In this document: positions 1 to 11,515 of the stretch, in pieces | How positions within the stretch are numbered: position 1 is the first letter of the stretch | How the letters are laid out: each line of letters opens with the position of its first letter | DNA from: Azolla caroliniana | Taxonomy: Eukaryota; Plantae; Polypodiophyta | Assembly (NCBI GenBank): GCA_043228905.1 | Contig: JBHGNT010000549.1 | Coordinates: forward strand, 1 to 20,992 | Direction: 5' to 3' | Length of the DNA: 20,992 bases | Translations under genes and position numbers: made by a program | The notes under the pieces: model-generated | Told to the model about the DNA's origin: nothing | Databases searched by the model: none | The model's input: the letters and a program-made list of their open reading frames with translations, nothing else

Positions 1-58
1 AATCTGTTGTGCGAACACCCAACCCGAAGGAATTTTTGTTCTTTTTCTTGTTCTTATT

Positions 59-89
59 GGTGTGTGTGTGTGTTGTGGGGGGGGGGGGG
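59..89. repeat. (TG)n microsatellite followed by a poly-G run
   Basis: gtgtgtgtgtgtgt then a G run at 77-89. Confidence 0.85.
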
Positions 90-203
90 AAATGCACGCT
101 TTTTTGTGTGTGTCCGGGTTCGTTTCACATTTGTCCGCCCTTATCAACTCCTTGTTCTGCGCTAACCTGTGTATTGGCTGTGTAAAATGACGCACTCTTT
201 GCT

Positions 204-372
204 CCCTAATCTCTCCTTTAATCGTACCCTAATCTCTTCCAAAAACCCTCACGCTAACCCTAACCTCTCCCCTTAATCACACACCTTAACCCCCCCTCCA
301 AACTGCCTCATTTCCCCTTAATCAGACCCCTCACCTCTTTCCCAATTCCTAATTCCATTCCCGAAACCCTAA
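204..372 (+). promoter_or_regulatory. C-rich cluster of degenerate CCCTAA(T/C)CTC motifs ending in a telo-box, upstream of the MBD gene
   Basis: ccctaatctctcc, ccctaatctcttcc, ccctaacctctcc, ccctcacctcttt; perfect AAACCCTAA at 364-372. Confidence 0.45.
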
Positions 373-437
373 TTTGTTAGCCCAGATCTGATCGGGTTGG
401 GAGCTCTCCACAAGAAATTCATCGCTGTTTCTTAGGT

Positions 438-1418
438 ATGGTGAGCTCATTTCCTCCTCAGAGCTTTACTATTGACAATAACACAGCATTACACGAATTA
501 GGCGAATTTCTGTATGAAACAAACAAAAGCATAGAGAGAATTCTACACAGGTATACATTGAACCCCCCGCCTCGAAATAATGAAATATTTTCTGATGTAT
601 CCATGAGAGCTAATTCTCCTAATTCTTCGTCTTCACCACCTCCTCCTCCTACTGTTACAAGAAGCTTGCTTCCTAACATTGGTTTAGCTATGCTAGAAAA
701 TCGTTCTACTACTCTCAACAAAGAAGATATGGTCCAAGAAGGAAGCTTTAGAGATGGGTCTTCTTCTATATTGAGAAATTTTATGGAAGAAATATTGAAG
801 ACATCTAGTGATTGGTGCGCAAAACATAAACTTATTTCGGAAGGGAAAGGCTTAAGTTATATGGTTAAGTCTACCAATCCTCAAGAACATTTTAGAATGT
901 GTCTTAATCAAGATAGGAATACAGAGATAGGGGTCAATCCTAAGGATGAAATAGAGGGATCTGTCAAAGCACACCGAAATAACTCATCCTCATCTTTAGT
1001 GGACGATGCTGATAAATGCATTGTAAATCCACTTTTTCTTGGTGCAAATGATGAAGAAAAACCCGAGCAAAAAGATATGCCACAAATCTCACACAATGCA
1101 TCTGGAAATGATGGAGAAAATGTAGTCAATTCAATCACCAATCAGGAACAAGCCCAAACAAATGATGATGCTGACAACCGTGATGATAATATATCTCAAC
1201 TTCCTATGAATGGCTTTGTCACACCTCTTCCTCTTAAGAATGGTGAAGAAAGGGTTAAGAAGGTGTCCTTGATTCCTCATGAATCTTCAGCAGATATGGC
1301 CATTCAACCTTATCGTCGCCCTGTTGAAGTCATTGATTCGCCTGATTGGCTCCCAGAAGGATGGGTTACAGAACTCAGAATAAGGGGTTCTGGTAATAGT
1401 GCTGGTTCCAAAGATAAG
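438..1418 (+). CDS. Methyl-CpG-binding domain (MBD) protein, exon 1 (327 codons: long low-complexity N-terminus plus first half of the MBD)
   Basis: ATG at 438; ORF reaches PDWLPEGWVTELRIRGSGNSAGSKDK, the N-terminal half of a plant MBD, then a phase-0 donor AAG|gtttca at 1418/1419. The rest of ORF 438..1505 is intron read-through. The start is less certain because ttcttag at 429-435 could be an acceptor for an upstream exon. Confidence 0.85.
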
Positions 1419-2120
1419 GTTTCATTTTATCATCCTTCACCCTATCCTTTTTATTACATTATGATTTCAGTCTATATGCCTTTTTTTTTACTAGGATATA
1501 TGTAACTCTATCATGTGAGTTTGATTGAAGGTATAATTTTTAATCCCTATTTTATGCACTGTCAACACCTACAAGGGTACCATATGAATGGAGATTCAGA
1601 TATTCAATAATAGAACGATATGTTTAATCATGGAAGTCTTATATGAGGGTGCCTAAACTAGGCCTAGAACGAACCTGATAGGATGGTTTACATATAGTAG
1701 TAACCCCCAGGAGTTGGCCCTGACTGTACTGTATGTGTTATATTGTATGCTAGTATGGATAATGCTTATCGTTTGCGGTGTTTTAGCTTGAAATAATAAG
1801 TCTTACATCTTTTTGGAAAACAATTAGATTTGTGCCTTTTTGAAAGGAACCCAAATGAGCCTCTCATCATATGTCTTGTACGTGAATATAGTTGGATCAT
1901 AGTGCAAAGAGTTCTTGAAGAAAAAATCATTAGAACTAAGGTTTGAACCTATATATCTATATTCAAGGTGGAACATGATTTTGGTGAAGACAATGTTAGG
2001 AAATGAGATATAAATCATGGTAAATTCTTATCCATAATATGATACAATGATTCATAATTAAAGCTATCCGATTTATCACGTAGGAAGCTGGAGAAATTCA
2101 ATAAAACTTGGTTCAAGGGT

Positions 2121-2300
2121 GGAATCATTTCTGTTGGTTTAAAGGGTAGGAGTCATCAATTGAAGACATATTACTGCTATTTAACCATCATATATGATGG
2201 AATCACTTATTCTTGGTTTACATAAGAGAGGAATTATTGATGGAAGACATACTACTACTGTTGAACCATCACATATGATGGAAGAACATAATTATTGATA
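2121..2300. repeat. Degenerate ~80-bp tandem duplication in the MBD intron
   Basis: gaagacata...aaccatca(t/c)atatgatggaa at 2162 and 2243; ggaatca...ttggttta at 2121 and 2199. Confidence 0.7.
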
Positions 2301-3440
2301 TTCCAATGTCTTGATGAAGCCAATCCATAAAACAATCCATGATGCCCATGTCTAGATTTGAACTTCCAGTCATCAATTTTCCCTCTCCTTAATTCTTGCT
2401 GGGTTTCAGCTTATGATCTTTGATTCACATCCATAAGACTTCACAGCTATGATATTTCACTTTTCAAATATCTTAAAAACATTTATGGAAAGATATGTTT
2501 TATAAAATACAAAAGGATACACAAATAATCACAGGGTCACATCCCCACTGCAGGGATCTCCATGAACTGTCAAGAAACCACTAATAGTCACATATACATC
2601 AGGCGTGCCTTGTGTTTATGAATCACAAGGTTGCGTCTGTCCTCAGGTGGAAGATATTGAAGAGATTATGAAGATGCAAACTGCCAATGAAGAAGCCCTT
2701 CATCCAGTGCTTTCAGGCAATAAATAAAACATGTGTATATCATCTTCTGAGGAGATCCCAGAGGAATAGCAAATGTCATCATGAATATGTTGCTTTCGCA
2801 AAGTTGCTTTCTTAATCAATCATACTCATCCATCATTTACTTTAACTGTTCATTTCATCTTGTTTCAATTTCTGTTGATCTGCTGCCTTCCATTAATGTA
2901 TCCCTTTTTTGCCTCTCTATTTCTCCTCTGAATGGGCAAATTACACTCTCCCATACATACCAGAGTCCATCCCTTGTCTGCCATTTGAAGTGTTGCTGGC
3001 ACACGGCTTAGCGTACATTCCCTTCAATGTGAGATAGATCATTGGAACACAAGCAAGGAAACTTGTGAACTATGCATTTCCCCCCAACAAGTTGAGTCGT
3101 AAGTATCACTCTCTACTTCAGTCCTTCACCTTCAATGACATTCAAATTTATTTTCCGCACAATTTCAATCCAAACCTATCACTGTACACATTTTTCTTTT
3201 AGTCACAAAGTGCATTGTCAATATCACAATTTGTGAAATTTTTGAACATCGAGAGTCATTAATCAACTCCACACACTGAAAATGTTTCTCTTTGGTCCCA
3301 TAAGTCATAGTTGATCCCCAAGGATATTAACAAGTTTTGTCTATCTATGTGGTTTGGGAATCTTCTTCATTTACTGCTCCAGTAGACTCATTCACACTCT
3401 GTAAATGGCCATATCATCATATGCAATGCCTTAATTTGAC

Positions 3441-3556
3441 TTATAGACCTTTTTAATCTCAAGTACTTTTTAAGCATTGAACCCAGTTTGATTGCCTCAA
3501 CTCAAATTATAGACCGTTTTAATTAATCTCCTTTAAGCATTGAACCCATCTTGATC
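3441..3556. repeat. Degenerate ~66-bp tandem duplication in the MBD intron
   Basis: ttatagacc...tttaagcattgaaccca..ttgat at 3441 and 3507. Confidence 0.7.
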
Positions 3557-4575
3557 AAGGCTCCAAAATTTTGAAATTAGAACTCTTGAATTCTCCAACT
3601 TACACACTCTCTCTAAGATTAACTATGTACGTCGTAACAAAGCCTTCCTGAATCATTCTTCAGAATTTGACGTCTCTGTAGCTTCTAAATAGGAAGAAGC
3701 TCTTTGCAGTTCACTGATATAGAGTTGATTTATGATATTTCATACTCCTAGGAGTAATCTAATTGGTGGAATCTTTGTATGTAATGTCATATCTAATCTT
3801 ACCAAACATCAGATTTTATCAAAGATAATGGCTTTTGATGTAAGATTTTCAACTGAATGCAATCAATTTATGTCTATCACACCTCCAAATTTAACTCTTG
3901 TATTTTTGGGAAAATTTGTTTTGAAAAGAATCTAATTTAAGAGATGTGCTTATGAAAGTGGTTATGTCTGTAGTACTTGCTTATAATTTAAGCAACAGGT
4001 AAGGTGTGGCAAAGTTCTGCTTAGTAACTGAATAGAAGGATCAAAAGTGGACTCTCACTTCTTTCCTGGTTCATGGTTATAAAGTTCGTTGTGTTGGTAC
4101 ATCATTATATGGGAATTACTCTGGCATTTTAATGATTTTTTATGCAACAATGTAGTGACCTGTCATGTAGTAGTTAGAATGTTCGTGGTTGTTTTGTTGT
4201 GGACGAGAAATGTAATGGGTGGTTTTCTACGACATCATTCAATTGTGTTGCCAAAGAAGTATTTACCTTGATTCCTATTCATCAATATGCTTACATTGCC
4301 ATGGATGGACATCCTTGCCAATACTCTGAATGTAGAAATGGCATACTGATAAGGCAAGGCACTCAGAACACGAGATTTTCATGGTAAATTTGGATTTAAA
4401 AGAGGATTTGAGACCTTTGGCATCATTGTTCATTGTTACATACAAGGTCATGTGGTCTTGTTGTTAAGTTGTATGCATTTAGGCCCATTTATTAAGCACA
4501 TATTTACTTGAAAGTTTATCCTCGTTGAAGCTACATATAATTTCCTGGCCACTGAATTGTGATGATTCTGTACAG

Positions 4576-5211
4576 TATTACATCGATCCTGATTCAAAAC
4601 GCCGTTTTCGGTCAAGGAAGGACGTTCTTGATTTCATCGAAACTGGAAAATTGAACCGGCAAAGAAAGAAGCCAGGTACAATAAGCCCAATAAGGAAGTT
4701 AGCTGAAGGACTATCATCAACTCCTGCAAAGCAACCCATTAAGAGGGCGAAATCCAGAGAGGATGCAATGCCACACCCATCAATGTCACCAATTGCATCA
4801 TCTCTTGCTATCAATAGCACCAATCACAACACTTCTAGTTCAGCTATGGGCAACAACATGTTCCCGCCTTTTCGGACAACACAACCACCATCGGAGTGGC
4901 TAATGTATGAGAGCTTAGCTAGTTTACCATTTCCGGTGTATGATCCCTTTCGATATTCCGATGCAAATGCTAACACTAACAAATTGAGCACTAATAAAGG
5001 TCCACAAGGGTCATCGTCGACAACTAGACCTTGGTTTTTCACTGGTCCTGATGCTTCTTGGATGCCCTTTCCTAATATTGGTAAACCAGGTAATAATAGA
5101 AGTACAGAAACTCAGAATGCTTACTCGATGCCGCCACCACCACCACCAAGTTACACAGCAGACCTCGCAACAAAGAAACGCATCCGAAAGTCCAAGAAAA
5201 GTTCAACATGA
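4576..5211 (+). CDS. MBD protein, exon 2 (second half of the MBD, Pro/Ser-rich region, basic NLS-like tail KKRIRKSKK)
   Basis: Acceptor ctgtacag| at 4575/4576 resumes in frame as YYIDPDSKRRFRSRKDVLDFIETG, completing the MBD consensus; stop TGA at 5209-5211. Joined product ~538 aa. Confidence 0.88.
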   Translation, partial: YYIDPDSKRRFRSRKDVLDFIETGKLNRQRKKPGTISPIRKLAEGLSSTPAKQPIKRAKSREDAMPHPSMSPIASSLAINSTNHNTSSSAMGNNMFPPFRTTQPPSEWLMYESLASLPFPVYDPFRYSDANANTNKLSTNKGPQGSSSTTRPWFFTGPDASWMPFPNIGKPGNNRSTETQNAYSMPPPPPPSYTADLATKKRIRKSKKSST

Positions 5212-7282
5212 GCCTTTCATTATATGGTATCAGGCATTGTTGTCCAATGAATTTATGTGTATGTATAGAATATATATATCTATATCTATATATATGATAT
5301 GGCAATGTCATGTTCAAGTAAACAATGAATGAAGGTCCTTATACAACGCTGACAGTCTGTTTTTGTGAAGCCCTAAAAGCTTTCTAGATTCTTGTCCATC
5401 ATCTTCTTTAGTACTTGTGTCTAGGAGGAAACCATAGAGATCCTTTTAACAATTCTGTGTGACATCGGAAAGCTCTGAAATGAGCCTTACTAACCCCTTA
5501 TTGCTATGTATAATAAGTAGCATCAATAGTCACATATCTTCTACATCTTAGGGGATGAAGGGTTGTTATAGTGGGACTCCTCAAGAATCACTGATTTTGT
5601 ATGCCCAATTAACATTATGGATTATTAACTTGGCTATAGCTAGCTAGCTTTATAGAAATGGAACAATGATTTTTGTTTTGTTTTGATGACTCAAAGCTAT
5701 CTTTTTGGCCTACGTTTGCTCTTTCTTCTTTTATATTTGCTTCTATTCCGAAAGAAGGGTAAGTGCAAGGGCTCTGTGTGAATCATGTTATGATGGGAAG
5801 TGTTAGCATAATAATTTCTTTCATATTGTGTTGAAACCATGTTCACATAAGAGTGAATAGGTAGAATAAGGCTGGCTCTTTGAACCACATTCTGGTTGCT
5901 TCTAGTTGGTATTGCCATTTCAATAGGCAAAAAGAGTTTATTTGCACATGTACATATATAGCCAAACAATTATAAGCATATGAACAGTTCTTTTGACATT
6001 GTGCAACTGTAAATAACTTCCAAGACTTTGATGTATATGCATTTGCTCATTGGATTGCTGAGAGTCAATCTTGAAGCTACTTAAACTAGATATCTGAAAA
6101 TTGTTTTCATTGGTGTTATGGCATAGAAGTTAATTGTCCTCTTTCTTATGCTAAGTAGGCTTTGTGACATTGCATCTTGTTCCTTTTTCCGACTGTTAGG
6201 ATGTTACCTCTACTCAGAGTAATGTGAAGAGGTGTCTCAAAGTGCAACAAGTGATTTCCACCATTAATAATGTTGCTTGAAATAAATAAAGAAAACTCGT
6301 CCATTTCATTGCATTGAAAACTTAGGCTACCTCACTATTAGTTTTAAGTTAGAAAAGATAAAACAAGCAGACGTTAATAAACAAAAACCACAGCACTCAC
6401 TTGGCATAAACAGCATGAAGCCAGTAGAAATGGACAGACTGCAACAATCTCTAATGGCTTTAGTAAAAATGTGACAAACAGTGAAAGTCTCAATGGTTTT
6501 TGGAAATCATGATAGAAAATCAATACACAGTTCACTCCATCTATTTCACACTAAGTGCCAACACTTGTACTTTCTGAGATTTACTTTTTTTCATCCACAA
6601 CTCTTTAACAAAAAGACAATAGTTATACCTGCCAAGTGCCAAGTGCATGCGTGATGAATCAATAGCTGGTGAAAAGTACTTGAGAAACAATTCATTGCAT
6701 ACATGCACAAATTTTCAGATGAACAGAAGTTCTTCCAAGCATAAGAAAATGTCTTTCCCACACCAGTTAGACATTCTGAGCCAACAATTCATGTCATTGA
6801 ACAAAATAAGGCATTGCAATATTGCAATATTGTGATGATAACAGAGATAACACGAAACATAATCATCAGTCTGTTAAAATTATTACACATAGAAATCTTC
6901 ATACATAGTTGAGACAGAAGTGATTAAACAAGTGATTTTTGTTTAATAGAGTACAGCTGTAGAATTAGCAAAAGGTTGATTCAAACGTAGAGAAAAACTA
7001 CTGTCAATCTCCACAGCTTCAAATAAAACAGAAAAATGAAGTGACTTATAATAATAAGAGAATCATGTATATAATTAAACATGGAAATACCCGGTACATA
7101 GAAAGTATCAACATTATTGAGCAAGTCATGATATAATAAAGTGCAATAACTGTGGTTCTGGCTACTATAATTCTAATCTTACAGAACCAGATAAATTTTT
7201 ATCGCATGTCAACACAGCAAGGTGGGGTAGAACACACAGGAGATGAGCACAACAGAATTTTTTCTGGTAGTTTCTTGACCTC

Positions 7283-7561
7283 TTAAGAAGGGCGCTCAAA
7301 CATATTCTCATGACAATGAGGATCAAGCCATCCACTTCGGTCTGCTCTAGGGCTATGGTAATTGGCTTTACTACCCATCAAATCACGAATTGAATCAGTT
7401 TTATTCTCCCTACCGATATCATAATTCTTCTGATCTGCTTCTTTGATCTTTTGTTTGCGCTTGTTCTTCTTTGCAATAGCAGTTTTCAGTTCAAGCTGCC
7501 TCAGTTGAGAAGGTGGAGCTCCGTGAGGACCAAGGTAAATAGTTCCAACTTCAACTTTTTC
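7283..7561 (-). CDS. Conserved uncharacterised plant protein, exon 3; total ~143 aa
   Basis: Acceptor tacacag| at 7562/7561, then EKVEVGTIYLGPHGAPPSQ...KQKIKEAD...GRENK...WLDPHCHENMFERPS, stop TAA at 7285-7283. I recall the IYLGPHGAPPSQ and WLDPHCHE motifs from a land-plant family of unknown function, but have not searched. Confidence 0.82.
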   Translation of the reverse strand, partial: EKVEVGTIYLGPHGAPPSQLRQLELKTAIAKKNKRKQKIKEADQKNYDIGRENKTDSIRDLMGSKANYHSPRADRSGWLDPHCHENMFERPS

Positions 7562-8029
7562 CTGTGTATGCAACAATGGATGTATATCTCAGCACTATAA
7601 ATATTACGAAATTGAGTAAATGCAAAATATAGAAAGTCCCAGAATCTGTATAATGAATGAACTAAAGAACTGTTTCTGGAAAACCAAGATATAATTAGTT
7701 CCGAGATTCAACTTTAACTTGTGTTCACAAAATAAATGTATGATCTCAACATACAAAATATGAATTCGTATAGTAAATGCAAAATACGAACTAATGAAAG
7801 TCTGAAGAAGTTTATAAATTCCATGAGGGCTAATATAGATATTTCCAGATTCAAATTTATCCTTTGTCTGACATAATGAATGCATCATATCAAAACTAAA
7901 AATACAAAGAAATCATGCGGTAAATGCACTAGAAATACTAATAAACTGTATAATTGAAATAATAATACCACAGTGAATATTTCTCAAATCAGCTAAATCT
8001 TTGAAATGAAAGCCAGAAAATATAAGTAC

Positions 8030-8121
8030 CTTCCAAGCTATATCGATTTTCACAGTGTCTATTTCCTCATGAGTTTGTTCCCTCTCCAGTTTTAAACTTG
8101 GAATCTCAAATTCATCTGCAT
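8030..8121 (-). CDS. Conserved uncharacterised plant protein, exon 2 (DADEFEIPSLKLEREQTHEEIDTVKIDIAWK)
   Basis: Acceptor tcatgcag| at 8122/8121 (alternative cag 6 nt downstream); donor AAG|gtactt at 8030/8029. The 92 nt are phase-compatible with both flanking exons. Confidence 0.78.
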
Positions 8122-9299
8122 CTGCATGACAAGAAATAGAAAACGCAATTCAAAACAAAACCAAAGACTTTAGGAGACTTTACAATACTTGCATTGCATT
8201 CCTTAATAAAATGCACCTGCAAAGTATTGAAAATGTCCTATTTCACCTTGTGTAAAGCTCTTTTACTAGAATTGTTTGCCTTAAGGTCTGCTGCGTACAA
8301 TTTATGAGTTCACAAGACTAACATACTGCTGTGTGGCAGTTTACCCCTAAGCTAAAAATCAGATTGATTCCTACAGCGTATTGCTCTTTTCTCATTCCTG
8401 TGACAGTTTACATCTAATTCTCTCTTTCTGACTTTATTTTCCATAAATACATCCAACAACCACATAAGAGAATCAAGAATATAACTTATGTCATGAGGTT
8501 TTTCTAGACTAGTAAATAGGATGCCAGTTCTTCCCGTCATGATTTTCCAGAGTTATGATAGCATTATAGAAGTATCCACAGATACATTTCTGTTTGCATC
8601 CCCATATATTGACATACGTCAAGCTTTCCATGGCTTGCTCTCATTAAGTGAATACAGTGTGGGTTTTCTTTCCAATCTCTGCCTGATTCAATGTTGCATC
8701 AAAAGGCCGGAGGCTGAATGCTATCACAGCATGATAAGAGTAATGACAGATTTATATTTGCTATGAATCCCATCATGTATATATCAAAAAACCTACTGTG
8801 TAACACCTATGTGTATCTGATGATGGCTGGTTTTTTTGTCTAGTAACATGGCCTTCCACGTTTAAAGAGAAAGAATTTCTTTTGTACTACGGAAGAATCC
8901 ATAAATCAAGAGAAAACGCCAACAAAAACGATAGCAGAATATTTTCGTTGTCTACAGAGGATTGCATGATGTATGAAAAAAGAGAATAGATGCAACGACA
9001 GAAAGGCCGAGTTTCTTTCGCGTGGGCTCAGAGGAGAATTCAAACTGAAAAAATCCATGAAAATCATCAAACAAACCAACGAAAATTAAGACGAGACTCA
9101 GACAAGGGCATTGTGGCACAGAAACAGAAACAGGGAAATAAAAGCAAAAATGAAAAAGTTGAAACCCTCAGAAAAGGCAAGGAAATTCTCGACATTCTAT
9201 GCATCCTCGGGGAGAGATTAAGACGAGGTAACCACAGCAGGAAATCTCAAACAAAAAGAAATGGAGGGAGAAAGTAAAAAAAAAATAGGATTTTCTTAC

Positions 9300-9360
9300 C
9301 CCAATCTTGCTCCAGGGAAGCTTCGGGGACCTTAGGAGGCGGAGGGTCCATGGGGTTCAT
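9300..9360 (-). CDS. Conserved uncharacterised plant protein, exon 1 (MNPMDPPPPKVPEASLEQDW)
   Basis: ATG at 9360-9358 (second in-frame ATG at 9351); in-frame TGA upstream at 9384-9382; strong phase-1 donor TGGG|gtaaga at 9300/9299. Confidence 0.75.
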
Positions 9361-9561
9361 GATGACGAGGAGGATTGAAGGTCATGGAGGTCGCCAGAGA
9401 GGGGCGCACCTCTGCAGGGACGCCTGACGCCTGAAGAAGAAGAAGACGGCTTTGAGATGGGGGGGGATTCTCTGCGTATATGGTCAAGAAACAAATGGCT
9501 TCCGAGACGATAAACACAGAGAGGAGACGATGGAGAAGGAAAACGGAGGAAGAGGAGGAGG

Positions 9562-9590
9562 GGCGATGGCGATGGCGATGGCGATGGCGA
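9562..9590. repeat. (GGCGAT)n hexanucleotide microsatellite, ~5 copies, in the probable 5' UTR of the minus-strand gene
   Basis: ggcgatggcgatggcgatggcgatggcga read directly. Confidence 0.9.
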
Positions 9591-9636
9591 ATCACAGAGA
9601 CAGACAAGACAAGACAGACGACACGCAGTGCGACTG

Positions 9637-9731
9637 AAACCCTAACTAACTTCATTTGTCTCTCCTGCTGCCACGTGGAGGGATGGGCGATTTAGTTAGG
9701 GCTGACGTGGACGGCGGTTAGGGCTGACGTG
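9637..9731 (-). promoter_or_regulatory. Putative proximal promoter of the minus-strand gene: telo-box, G-box and duplicated TGACGTG motifs
   Basis: AAACCCTAA at 9637-9645; CACGTG at 9672-9677; 15-bp direct repeat GTTAGGGCTGACGTG at 9695-9709 and 9717-9731; lies just upstream of a pyrimidine-rich (minus-strand) 5' leader. Confidence 0.55.
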
Positions 9732-10479
9732 TCGCTCGCCAACTCTCTGTTTTCTATGTGGAATCTGGATAACACCAAGCACCATAGTATAAACCATACG
9801 TGTTTCTCATTCGCGAATGTTTCAATCATTCGAGTATGGTAAACACTCTTAGAAGTATGGTGAATTCCATACTTTTGTATTCATTATTTATAAGGTAATT
9901 TTTTTTCAGGTAAAAGTAAGTTAAGGTAAAAACTGTAAAAAAAAACAACATATGAATGTTTGGATAACATACGCATTCGTTTGCTTTTGTGTGAAAAGGA
10001 TGTTTGCCAATGCATTCGAGTATATTACGTACTATGCCAAGCACTATTGGAGCTTGTGAATAAAGAAGACACATGCTACAAAAGGGCCGGGTTTCAAGAT
10101 GGATTTGTCACACCGCCCTTGAATTTAATTTCAAAGTAATAGTGCGAAAGGAAAAGACCACACGAATCAGGAAAATCACCATGTCCTGACCAATCACGAA
10201 AAGACCGTTTCCTAGCCAATCATTTCTCACGGCTAACGGGTGGCAGAGTAGCCGCCACCGACATTGAAGATGAAGCACGTGCTACACACTCTTCATTATC
10301 TTACATGGGGGCCTTTTGACATCGTCTATGTATTCACAAAAGAGGCGTTATGTTTAAAAAAGAACAGTTAAGCAAAGTGACCGCATAAGCCCAACTTAGT
10401 TAGTAATGTGGTTCACTCACCATGATAACAAGGTAATCTTTATTGTAGGGGAAGTGATGACATCCTCTGTGATTTGATG

Positions 10480-11515
10480 TGATTGCGAGTCATCAAACAA
10501 GCACATTGTGGCATGGGGAGCAAGCATTTTAGCCACGAAGCCACTACATGTAAGATAACTCCATGCATGCTTATGGTGGCCAACAATATTCAAGGACACT
10601 TACTAGTATGTTAAAAGATGCAACCAATGCCAACGCCATAGGCACAAACAAAATGGTAGATTTTAACACTTTGCACCCAATAGTTGCATGGAAACCCTTT
10701 GAAAAATGGGGAATTGACTTCATCACCCAATCAGCTTGACTTCTAATTTCCACAAGGACATATTATTGCACAAAATGGGTTGAAGAAAAGGCATACAAAA
10801 CAATTGACACAAAGGGCAATCCGTAAATTCCTATACAAAAATGTGATATATTGCGGTTTGGATGCTCTTTGGAGTTAATAATTGATCAAGGATCCCACTT
10901 TCTAAATGAAGTTGGTGCACACCTCCTAAACGAATTCATGGTTGTGCGTTAAAAAGCTCACCATACAACCCCCAATGAAATGGGTGAGCTGAGAGCTCAA
11001 ACAATGTCCTTACAAAGATTCTCGTGGCACCTTGGTTCGACTGAGCACCAAACTCCATGTAGCATTATGGGTTTTCCAAACCTTTTACAAAGCCTTCATG
11101 CATCCTTAAAATTAATGTATAGACAAATTGTTGTCATCTCAAACGAATTCTTTGCACCTAGTCTCGGTGTCGTTGTCTAAGAAAGATGGGACATTGAGCG
11201 TTGACCTCCTACACTCTTCTTGCCTAGAAAACCTTGAACACCTGACGAAACTTGTTTGTTAGCATTTCATGCCCTTGTTGTAGAAAAGGAAAAATGAAAA
11301 GCCATGGCATAACAATAAGGTTAAAGAAGAAGATCTAGAAAAGGAGTGCATGATCCAAAACTTTGCCTCCTAAAGACATAAGAAGAAACTCAAACATACA
11401 AAGAGGATAAGATATCATGACCATCATCACTAAACAAGAGCATGCATGTTATGAACACTCGATGATGTTGATATCCTAGGTTTTGTCAATGAAATTAAGT
11501 TAAATTGTTATTACG
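10480..11515 (+). pseudogene. Decayed Ty3/Gypsy integrase (non-chromovirus, Athila/Tat-like)
   Basis: Motifs in the correct order across frameshifts and stops: VIKQAHCG..HFS, LWWPTIFKD, YVKRCNQCQR (HHCC finger); LHPIVAWKPFEKWGIDFI; TKWVE; RFGCSLELIIDQGSHFLNE; SPYNPQ*NG*AE; ALWVFQTFYK; terminal VNEIKLNCYY resembling VNGxRLKxY. Confidence 0.8.

Noticed and set aside
1419-1505. Hydrophobic C-terminus of ORF 438..1505 suggesting a membrane anchor
   Set aside because: Intron read-through after the donor at 1419; the MBD is completed by exon 2.
6401-6438. Possible 38-nt minus-strand exon (ttgcag|...|gtgagt) downstream of the stop codon
   Set aside because: Splice-like sites arise by chance; there is no coding or transcript support without RNA-seq.
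8990-9277. Lys/Arg-rich 95-aa plus-strand ORF
   Set aside because: Antisense reading of a T/C-rich intron of the minus-strand gene.
9332-9655. 107-aa minus-strand ORF and the overlapping plus-strand ORFs at 9452-9695
   Set aside because: Driven by the GGCGAT microsatellite and GA-rich leader; out of frame with the spliced gene.
10148-10320. Short repeats (gaaaagacc, ccaatca) and attgaaga...cacgtgctaca resembling ~11571-11596, as a candidate Gypsy 5' LTR
   Set aside because: Matches are too short; no similarity to 18167-18539 and no PBS or TSD.
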